Below, in pieces: positions 26,001 to 32,111 of a stretch of 33,770 bases of DNA. Origin of the DNA: an uncultured Fibrobacteraceae bacterium (GTDB lineage: Bacteria > Fibrobacterota > Fibrobacteria > Fibrobacterales > Fibrobacteraceae); assembly GCA_964540355.1 (NCBI GenBank), contig CAZIMU010000002.1:1-33770 (forward strand), in the 5' to 3' direction. The position numbers and the translations under genes are program-made. Every line of letters starts with the position of its first letter. Position 1 is the first letter of the stretch. Under the pieces are notes generated by a model that ran no database searches, had not been told where the DNA came from, and saw only the letters and a list, made by a program, of their open reading frames with translations.

Positions 26001-28237
26001 CAAAAAATGCAGACACAGCAGCAGCAGAGCAGCTGGAATGTGTAAGTACCGCTAACGGTAAAAATTTGTTTACCGAGGAGCTTCAAAAAGATGTTTATGT
26101 ATGCAGCTTCAGAACTCCCAAAGTAAAACATTCGTCTTTCTACGTGGCTATAGGGGCAGACGCATGTAAAGACTGCGGTTCTAGCGGTGTAGCAGAATGT
26201 ATCCTTACTCCAACAAAAGATAATAAGAATATATATACCCACGGCAGGAATATATCGCCAAGCATTAAGTGCAATGACAAATCCACACCCACCAATACTG
26301 TTTTTGAGGCTGTATTCGGACCTCCGCTTACCAAAGACCTGAGCGGAAACTACTACTATTCCGGTCCCGAAGCATACGACAATGCAATAATATCGGCTTC
26401 TGGAAAGTGCGGCTCAAAAGATTTTGAGGGACTATGCTACTCCTTAGTTAACAGCGAGCGTGATTACACCATTGAAGTAAATAGACCTACTTGTACTATG
26501 GAGCGTGGACCGCATGAATCTAAATGCCCCCAAGCCAACCCGTACGACTGCAAAGTTGAGACCGCATGCGGCGGTACAGCAGAGAAATGTTGTTGTACTA
26601 ATATTTCGCCGGTATATGCTCCAACACACGATTGCGGAACTGCAACCAAAGATGGTCCGCCACGTTACCCGAAATTCAATTATTCCCCTGAAAATGATAT
26701 AGGACTAACTGGAAATATAGATAACATTAAATGGAATGAGGACCCGCCAAAACCTCATAATTTTAATACTATTGGCTTGAATAGAGTGACTCGTATGTAC
26801 CAAGTTTGGTGCGGCGGTCATGAGTTAAATTATGGTACAAAGAACGGCAAAGATGGAGTAAATTGTGGTTCTTTTGATGTTATTAAAGAAGGTACTAGCG
26901 GCAACTACAAGCCAAATCTTGCTGCTTGCGAAAGCAAGGTTTCTTCTTGCTCTATCAATGCTTGTCAAAAGAGAGGCGTTGGCATACCGCCTCCAACATT
27001 CACTTGCAAAGATGGTTCTCCTAACTATGTAAAATTCAGATATAGCGATGTCAGCAAACCTGGGCAATTATCAACAACCATTCCCGAGAAATGGAATAAT
27101 GGCGAATATCAATCATTCACATCCGATGGAAAGAGAGACGTTTTTATACAAGAAATTAAGTGCGGTGATGAACTCCTTAAGTGTAGCTCCGGTAGCGTTA
27201 CCGATCTAGGGCTTCCGTGTGGTTTTGTTGATATAAAAAACGATTGTGCTTCTAGTGTTACTGCCACTTGTAAGTTGGTGACTAAAAGTGGTACTGAGGT
27301 AAGCGACTTAGCTGTGACGCAAGGCGAAAACATTAAAGCGCCAAAAATAACCTGCTCCGATGGTTCAACCCCAAGCTGGCCGACTTTCGGCTCAACGGGT
27401 TCGGGTTTGCCTAGTGGTGCTGCCAGCAACTGGCCGGATAATGGAAATGCTTATTACACAGCTGCACATGATACTGGTTCCTATACAATTTCTGTATCTA
27501 GCGTTAATTGCGGTGCAACCACTGTAAGCAACATAACTTGCGGAACCATTAACGTGCAAAGGCCAATCTGTTCCATCAGCGGTACTTACACTTACGTTAA
27601 TTCTAGTACTCCAAACGTACCAGCTCCAACATACAGTTGCGGAAACGCTACCAAAACAACTGGCACTAACGTAAACGAGTTCAAATATACAGATGCTAAT
27701 GGCGCAACTGTCTCAGGAACAGCCACTACCAATTGGAACAATAATCCTCCATCAAACATGATGATTACAGCAAGAGCCAACGCTGATGTTTATATGTACA
27801 AAGTAACTTGTGACGATAATACCTTAACTTATGGCACAAGCAATACTTCAAAAGATGGAATAAAATGTGCTGGTTCTTTTAGCGTAGTAAGCAGCAGCAC
27901 CAGTGGAAGCGGCAGTTCTAGTGCGAGCGGTGGAGGAACTAATATTACGCTTTCTACTTCGGAAACCACTTTAAATTATGGCACAACTTATACAGTTACT
28001 TGCAGTGATACAAATAAGGATATTGTTTGTAAAAATGCCTGTAGTAATATGCAGGTTTGCTACAAATACAATGGAGGATCTGAAAACTGCGTAAATGGAA
28101 ATAGTACTATATTTAGTATTATCAATGGAAAATTGAATGACCAGTTTAATCAAAAATGTGCAAATAATGCCACAATCCAGATTATGAGTACCCCAGCTTG
28201 TAGTATAACGTGTAAAAACAATAATACTTATTATTAG
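23060..28237 (+). CDS. Giant (1725 aa) PilX/GspK-N-terminal-like pseudopilin fusion; putative pilus-tip adhesin, right paralog
   Basis: AGGAGG SD. N-terminus MKRGISLIAVLMFMLAATTAS is identical over 20 aa to the left paralog. The core is conserved (YLILDGNFYAN, PPVKFDMKIYNEAKK, YNYFIFSDADI, ILVMPRVVR) and the Cys-rich C-terminal modules differ. Confidence 0.8.
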   Translation: MKRGISLIAVLMFMLAATTASIVIFRMLSSENFSSGARLKASEAYKASESGIDAVHSWLANRGVEAAELVTQYMNQSTRYPLKINYGDPNVFEAYVIGADASGGNGKPVRLKILVEGKGRDKSVVSQTAILKVSGLYRTSINPIGDIPESDPDDVDDPPPQDNCTPTPNPEPPVCQADPIKPPSTGKCALPDLWGNMATVGRIDARTMIITQTTDECNGGGQGLNSIKIGKPDSAGYLILDGNFYANNGINIYGDLYANGAFFMCASGSDWIKKDRNGKGGNLYAKEFHPMVSFGTLLIEGSAYFADSVNPNVLPKRVCNPAGGNAQLGCLGALGGAVNIKGNTTIRGPYFAYTGNIFYQNDWQNWGGNLNFNMEGNLVMDNVSHMSLNYEDKDNTSSSKFEVKQNAYVKQFTTNQSQNKNNDSKSGLWPTFNNLCLGVDYDGTKPNYSQKGSNPKFNFKANGTIGKCNANASWGADELKNLKEELELSGNMTQSCQRPPVKFDMKIYNEAKKTTPAKWVHRDNQPGGCASGSGQMNLSKEWSPLLTELNTCWKSKKSDEIYKNDPSDKNEWIVIYIKDNYNFQRVNGNLGDGKYIIIFDFEKKIPFDPANPYGIQYLYLPPTGKNAIVMLYFPKGFNGRIELDGNESGKIAQQSEYNYFIFSDADIREFNTTADRFLHGNVFMNNCAKINLPSSATNPYFYSRGNDAFVDQLMESNILSATEHCRNFTSDNNNTNITYTLECTSPPEKGFVGEAIKPPTVTCKGSNGISKTCGFDWVNAPSWSCPQEGTYNVGVKANANSGNCQNSSPVQCGKNITLTISKPQNTTLTCKGLPKKGKVGEEIRKPKVRCGGQTIESGFSFMGMEEPNWKNPVEGSYTVSVKATSGTCSPKIEECGTLTVTKDEPIDNKNEPWIPISSRLAVKLESKEISKQRIDDRGHDDNKLAKSILVMPRVVRILESDPVISRKYIRNRYSYMYMNGAKNADTAAAEQLECVSTANGKNLFTEELQKDVYVCSFRTPKVKHSSFYVAIGADACKDCGSSGVAECILTPTKDNKNIYTHGRNISPSIKCNDKSTPTNTVFEAVFGPPLTKDLSGNYYYSGPEAYDNAIISASGKCGSKDFEGLCYSLVNSERDYTIEVNRPTCTMERGPHESKCPQANPYDCKVETACGGTAEKCCCTNISPVYAPTHDCGTATKDGPPRYPKFNYSPENDIGLTGNIDNIKWNEDPPKPHNFNTIGLNRVTRMYQVWCGGHELNYGTKNGKDGVNCGSFDVIKEGTSGNYKPNLAACESKVSSCSINACQKRGVGIPPPTFTCKDGSPNYVKFRYSDVSKPGQLSTTIPEKWNNGEYQSFTSDGKRDVFIQEIKCGDELLKCSSGSVTDLGLPCGFVDIKNDCASSVTATCKLVTKSGTEVSDLAVTQGENIKAPKITCSDGSTPSWPTFGSTGSGLPSGAASNWPDNGNAYYTAAHDTGSYTISVSSVNCGATTVSNITCGTINVQRPICSISGTYTYVNSSTPNVPAPTYSCGNATKTTGTNVNEFKYTDANGATVSGTATTNWNNNPPSNMMITARANADVYMYKVTCDDNTLTYGTSNTSKDGIKCAGSFSVVSSSTSGSGSSSASGGGTNITLSTSETTLNYGTTYTVTCSDTNKDIVCKNACSNMQVCYKYNGGSENCVNGNSTIFSIINGKLNDQFNQKCANNATIQIMSTPACSITCKNNNTYY

Positions 28238-28259
28238 ACCTTTCTACACCATTCCCCTA

Positions 28260-28279
28260 CCCTCATTTCTTTTTGAGGG
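28260..28279 (+). terminator. Weak candidate intrinsic terminator after the right giant gene
   Basis: CCCTCA, an 8-nt loop, then TGAGGG, followed by a T-rich stretch. The stem is short, so confidence is low. Confidence 0.3.
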
Positions 28280-28294
28280 CTGTTTCTCATATTT

Positions 28295-28336
28295 TGCAAA
28301 TAAATGTGAAATTGGGGCAACGCCCCCGCGAGGGGG
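28295..28336 (+). repeat. 42-bp direct repeat flanking the RAYT cassette, copy 1
   Basis: TGCAAATAAATGTGAAATTGGGGCAACGCCCCCGCGAGGGGG matches 29198-29239 at 36 of 42 positions by hand alignment. Confidence 0.65.
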
Positions 28337-28358
28337 TAAAATCCCGCTATGCAGTTGC
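28323..28358. repeat. 36-nt hairpin repeat, copy 2 (inverted partner of 12685-12720)
   Basis: Lies 5 nt downstream of the RAYT stop on the minus strand. Contains CCCCC GCGA GGGGG. Confidence 0.9.
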
Positions 28359-28363
28359 GGGGT

Positions 28364-29044
28364 TCAATGTTTTTTTCCCCATGAAATTGGGTTATTGCGG
28401 ATGTATTTTGCAATTTTTGCATATTCTGCCTCATTGCGGATTATACGTTCATAATAATTGCGTTGCCATAATTTTTTATGAAATGGTTTCCATTTGAATG
28501 TTTTAACATTGGTTGCGTATTTGTTGGTTGTCATTGTTTTGAACCATTGGATTATTGTGCTTAATGGGATGTTGGTTGTACAAGGGCAGACACGTAGGTC
28601 TGCCCCTACGCGGTTGGACGTATCATTTATTGTTATTATCGCATGAATATGGTCTGGCATCACAATATATTCGTCAATTTTGATATGGAAAAATTTGTCT
28701 GTATTGTTTGTAATTTCCAAAATGTATTTTTCAATCATTTTTCCACAATCATTTAATACCATAACACCATTTTCAACCACGCCAAATGTCGGGAAATCAA
28801 AACCGTGGTTCATCGTCACCGAACCCGTCGTCGTAGTAGTAGTAGGGGCAGACCTACGTGTCTGCCCCTTTTGCCGCAAATAAATTTGCCCACGTCCAAA
28901 ATTGTTTTGCCCATTTGCCGCCAATGTTTGCATTTTCCGAATCCGTTGATTCAAACATATCGTAACAAAATACGCACCAGCCGCATAGTCATAACCACGC
29001 AAACGTATTGAATGTCTATCATGCCTATTGGGATTATATCCCAT
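28364..29044 (-). CDS. Y1 HUH transposase of the IS200/REP-associated (RAYT) type
   Basis: ATG 29044 follows GGAGG. MGYNPNRHDRHSIRLRGYDY..GAYFVTIC, the HUH motif PDHIHAIITI, and WQRNYYERIIRNE...YIRNNP with the catalytic Tyr region. The ORF-track start at 29164 runs into the shared leader and was rejected. Confidence 0.85.
   Translation of the reverse strand: MGYNPNRHDRHSIRLRGYDYAAGAYFVTICLNQRIRKMQTLAANGQNNFGRGQIYLRQKGQTRRSAPTTTTTTGSVTMNHGFDFPTFGVVENGVMVLNDCGKMIEKYILEITNNTDKFFHIKIDEYIVMPDHIHAIITINDTSNRVGADLRVCPCTTNIPLSTIIQWFKTMTTNKYATNVKTFKWKPFHKKLWQRNYYERIIRNEAEYAKIAKYIRNNPISWGKKH
28584..28605. repeat. GC-rich REP-like hairpin inside the RAYT ORF (GGGCAGAC-ACGTAG-GTCTGCCC)
   Basis: 8-bp stem read directly from the sequence. 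Translated in-frame as VGADLRVCP. Confidence 0.8.
28845..28868. repeat. GC-rich REP-like hairpin inside the RAYT ORF, inverted copy (GGGGCAGAC-CTACGT-GTCTGCCCC)
   Basis: 9-bp stem. It is the reverse complement of the 28583-28606 copy at 23 of 24 positions and is translated in-frame as GQTRRSAP. Confidence 0.8.
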
Positions 29045-29049
29045 ATCTA

Positions 29050-29209
29050 CCTCCGTTTTTTCTTCGTTACCTATTAGACGTAAAAAACGCGGAAAAAAAT
29101 TCAGAAATCGTAATTTTGTCAACAACTGTTTGCAAGAATGTGCATTTTTTTGAAAAAAAACCAATAATGATGCCCTTCGCTAGCCATTTGCATACTATGC
29201 AAGTAAATG
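29050..29209 (-). repeat. Shared ~160-bp leader/promoter module, copy 2 (upstream of the RAYT gene)
   Basis: Its reverse complement aligns with 11725-11881 up to and including the SD. Confidence 0.8.
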
Positions 29210-29239
29210 TGAAATAGGGGCAATGCCGCCGCTAGGTGG
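29198..29239 (+). repeat. 42-bp direct repeat flanking the RAYT cassette, copy 2 (degenerate hairpin)
   Basis: TGCAAGTAAATGTGAAATAGGGGCAATGCCGCCGCTAGGTGG. Confidence 0.65.
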
Positions 29240-29276
29240 TTTTATTATTTTGCAAATAAATACAAAATCGGCAAAT

Positions 29277-29287
29277 TTTTCTACATT
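29277..29287 (+). promoter_or_regulatory. TTTTCTATATT-family motif (TTTTCTACATT), 9 nt upstream of the pheA ATG
   Basis: One mismatch to the 11-mer and no SD. Confidence 0.4.
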
Positions 29288-29296
29288 AACCCACAA

Positions 29297-30139
29297 ATGA
29301 AAGTAGCATTCCAAGGCAGGCACGGTGCGTATAGCGAAAGCGCGGCACTTCAGCTATTTGGCAAAGATATAGAGACCGTTCCAGCAGATACATTTGAAGA
29401 TCTGCACAAAATGGTAATAGATGGCAGCGTGGATAGAGGCGTTATTCCAATAGAAAATTCCACAGCTGGTTCCATTTTGGAAAATTACGACTTATTGCTC
29501 AAATACAGATTGCCAATAGTAGGCGAACTCAAATTGCAAATAGACCACTGCCTAATAGCCCTTAAAGGCGAAACATTGGAAACCCTTACAAAAGTTGTCT
29601 CTCACCCTCAAGCGTTGGAGCAATGTTCAATTTTTTTTGAAAACAATCCGCAAATAGAGAAAAAACCTTTTTTTGACACAGCTGGTTCTGTTGAGCGCAT
29701 AGCAAAAAAACAGTTGAAAGGCACGGGTGGAATAGCCTCTGCTTTTGCGGCTCAGGTTTACGGTTTAAGCGTATTGAAACAACCGCTTGCGAATTTTCCG
29801 GGAGCGAATTCAACAAGGTTTTTCGCTATTCAAAAAAATAGCCCTCCCATAGATGAGGCTTTGCACACAAAAACTTCTGTGGCATTTATTTTGGGAAATA
29901 ACAAACCAGGTGCCTTGTATTCTTGCCTCGGCTGTTTTGCAAAGCACGATGTGGATTTAATCCGCATAGAGAGCCGCCCAAAAAGCGGAAGTCCGTGGGA
30001 ATATGTTTTTTATGCGGATTTGGCTGGGAACCCTTTGCTGGCTCACGTTAAAATGGCTTTGGAGGAATTAAAAACAATAGCAGAGGTTATTTTGCTCGGC
30101 AGTTATGCAAAAGGCGAAAATAGGGGAGTGGAATTTTGA
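29297..30139 (+). CDS. pheA: Prephenate dehydratase
   Basis: Contains VAFQGRHGAYSE, IPIENSTAGSI and a C-terminal ACT region with RIESRP. Confidence 0.9.
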   Translation: MKVAFQGRHGAYSESAALQLFGKDIETVPADTFEDLHKMVIDGSVDRGVIPIENSTAGSILENYDLLLKYRLPIVGELKLQIDHCLIALKGETLETLTKVVSHPQALEQCSIFFENNPQIEKKPFFDTAGSVERIAKKQLKGTGGIASAFAAQVYGLSVLKQPLANFPGANSTRFFAIQKNSPPIDEALHTKTSVAFILGNNKPGALYSCLGCFAKHDVDLIRIESRPKSGSPWEYVFYADLAGNPLLAHVKMALEELKTIAEVILLGSYAKGENRGVEF

Positions 30140-31332
30140 ATAATATTAAAAAAGCAATAGCGGAATTCAAAGCGGGTAAAATATTGCTCATCGCAGATAG
30201 CGAAAATAGAGAGAGCGAGGGCGATTTTGTTTGCGCTGCCTCGCTTTGCACAGAAAAGCACATAAATTTTATGGTGACTCACGGGCGCGGGCTTGTTTGC
30301 GCACCCATAACCGAACAACGCGCAGAGCAACTGAATTTACCGATGATGACCAGCAGAAATACAAGCCGCTTTGAAACCGCATTCACCGTTTCTGTGGAAG
30401 CAAAAGAGGGAACAACAACTGGAATTTCAGCATCGGAAAGGGCTTTAACCTGCCGCACACTTGCAAATATTTCAAAACGTGCAAATGATTTTGTTTGCCC
30501 TGGGCATATATTCCCGCTAAAAGCCAAAAGTGGTGGCTGCCTTGAAAGAGAAGGGCATACAGAGGCGGTTATAGACCTTTGCAAATTGGCTAAATTGCCG
30601 CAAGTAGGCGTGCTGTGCGAGGTGCTGAACTCAGATGGCACAATGGCTAGAATGTCTCAATTAAAGGCTATAGCAAAAAAACACAATATAACACTTGTCA
30701 CGGTTCAGGAGATAATAGACTTCCGTTTGGCAAATGAAATTCAGGTTGAGAGAATTGCACAACCTTTTGTACCAACAAGATATGGAAACTTCAAAGCCAT
30801 AGCATACAAAAATAAAATAAACGGCGAAGAATATGTTGCCTTTATAGCATCAAAAATATTGAAAAATCCTTGCAATGTTCGCATACACAGCGAATGTTTA
30901 ACTGGAGATATATTCCATTCCCTAAAGTGCGATTGCGGGGCACAGCTTGAATACTCCATGAGATATATAACTGCTCACGGCGGTGTTTTCATTTATATGC
31001 TTGGGCACGAGGGCAGGGGAATTGGGCTTGCGAATAAGTTAAAGGCTTATGAATTGCAAGAAAAAGGATTAGACACGGTTGAGGCAAACATAAAACTCGG
31101 CTTTAAGGCAGACCACAGGAACTACGCTTATGCCGCGCATATTTTAAAAGAGCTAGGTATAAAATCCGTGAATTTGCTCACAAATAATCCCAAAAAAATA
31201 GAGGGGCTTGAAATGTGCGGAATAAAAATTGCCAAAAGAATACCCCTTGAAATAGAGCCTAATTCCTTTAATAAAAAATATTTAAAGGCAAAAAAAGAAA
31301 AAATGGGGCATAAGTTTTCTATATTCCTATAA
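30136..31332 (+). CDS. ribBA: Bifunctional 3,4-dihydroxy-2-butanone-4-phosphate synthase / GTP cyclohydrolase II
   Basis: RibB part: ENRESEGDFV and GHTEA. RibA part: RIHSECLTGDIFHSLKCDCG and GHEGRGIGL. Confidence 0.95.
   Translation: MNNIKKAIAEFKAGKILLIADSENRESEGDFVCAASLCTEKHINFMVTHGRGLVCAPITEQRAEQLNLPMMTSRNTSRFETAFTVSVEAKEGTTTGISASERALTCRTLANISKRANDFVCPGHIFPLKAKSGGCLEREGHTEAVIDLCKLAKLPQVGVLCEVLNSDGTMARMSQLKAIAKKHNITLVTVQEIIDFRLANEIQVERIAQPFVPTRYGNFKAIAYKNKINGEEYVAFIASKILKNPCNVRIHSECLTGDIFHSLKCDCGAQLEYSMRYITAHGGVFIYMLGHEGRGIGLANKLKAYELQEKGLDTVEANIKLGFKADHRNYAYAAHILKELGIKSVNLLTNNPKKIEGLEMCGIKIAKRIPLEIEPNSFNKKYLKAKKEKMGHKFSIFL
31315..31325 (+). promoter_or_regulatory. Exact TTTTCTATATT motif, 6 nt upstream of ATG 31332 (inside the ribBA 3' end)
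   Basis: Exact 11-mer. It could be an internal promoter for the downstream lipoprotein gene. Confidence 0.4.
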
Positions 31333-32111
31333 TGTTTAAATTTGCTTTACTCGCCTTTTTTGCGCTCGCGTTCTTTGCCTGCAACCCATCGGAATATGAG
31401 CCTAGAATAGTTTTGGGGCATGAATGGAATGCCACAGCCAAAGTAGTTGCAGATACCACATCCAAGTTCAGACCCAAAGATATAATCGTTATTCAAATGG
31501 ATAACGGCAATAGGCCTTTTCACACTACAGAGGTGGAATTGAGGATTTATCAGGGAGAAATAGGAAATAGAATCTTGTTCAAACGTGCCATTCCAGTTAA
31601 AAACGTAGATTCAAAAGCAGTAGCAAAGGGAACAGACTCAAAACCTCTAACCGCAAAGGAAATTTTGCGAACATCTACCGCTGGTACTTATCGTGTTGCT
31701 TTTGCCATTGGAGATTCTATTCTGCTACAGAAGAAGTTGGAACTGCTTGGACCTAAAATAAATTTTGGGCACGGATGGAATGCTATTGACAAAGTAATTA
31801 CAGATACCACTTCGCGTTTCAAACCAAACGATATAATTGCTATCCAAATGGAAAACGACAACAAACCTTTTAACACCAAGGAGGTTGAGTTAAGGATTTA
31901 CCAAGACGAAACAGGCGATAAAATTTTGGTCAGGCGTTCTATTCCGGTTAAAAGTGATGATATTATGGCAGTAGCGAAAGGAACAGACTCAAAACCCTTA
32001 ACTGCAAAGGAACTTATGGGAACCACTGCCTCAGGCATTTATCGCGTTGCCTTTGCCGTTGGAAATTCTGTTATTGTAGAAAGAAGGATGGAGTTAATTA
32101 GTGGCAAGTAA
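31332..32111 (+). CDS. Lipoprotein made of two tandem ~115-aa repeats, function unknown
   Basis: MFKFALLAFFALAFFAC contains a lipobox. The GHEWNATAKVVADTTSKFRPKDII... unit recurs as GHGWNAIDKVITDTTSRFKPNDII... Confidence 0.7.
   Translation: MFKFALLAFFALAFFACNPSEYEPRIVLGHEWNATAKVVADTTSKFRPKDIIVIQMDNGNRPFHTTEVELRIYQGEIGNRILFKRAIPVKNVDSKAVAKGTDSKPLTAKEILRTSTAGTYRVAFAIGDSILLQKKLELLGPKINFGHGWNAIDKVITDTTSRFKPNDIIAIQMENDNKPFNTKEVELRIYQDETGDKILVRRSIPVKSDDIMAVAKGTDSKPLTAKELMGTTASGIYRVAFAVGNSVIVERRMELISGK

Noticed and set aside
12746-28237. Shufflon- or DGR-type diversification of the giant adhesin C-termini
   Set aside because: There is no reverse transcriptase, no template/variable repeat pair, and no multiple short sfx-like repeats within the C-terminal regions. 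The only recombinase-associated repeats I found are at the operon 5' ends.
12746-28237. Assigning the operons specifically to type IV pili versus a type II secretion pseudopilus
   Set aside because: Gene order and motifs fit both (FimU-PilVWX and GspHIJK). No ATPase, secretin, platform or major pilin gene is in the window, so the choice cannot be made from this sequence.
28584-28868. Possible CRISPR-like array, given the repeated GC-rich palindromes
   Set aside because: There are only two copies, in opposite orientation, both inside the transposase ORF and translated in-frame. No cas genes are present.
29045-29164. Upstream extension of the RAYT ORF (MVFFQKNAHSCKQ...)
   Set aside because: This stretch is the non-coding leader shared with the Rpn cassette, where it is not in any ORF. 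The RAYT family N-terminus MGYNPNRH starts at ATG 29044, directly after GGAGG.
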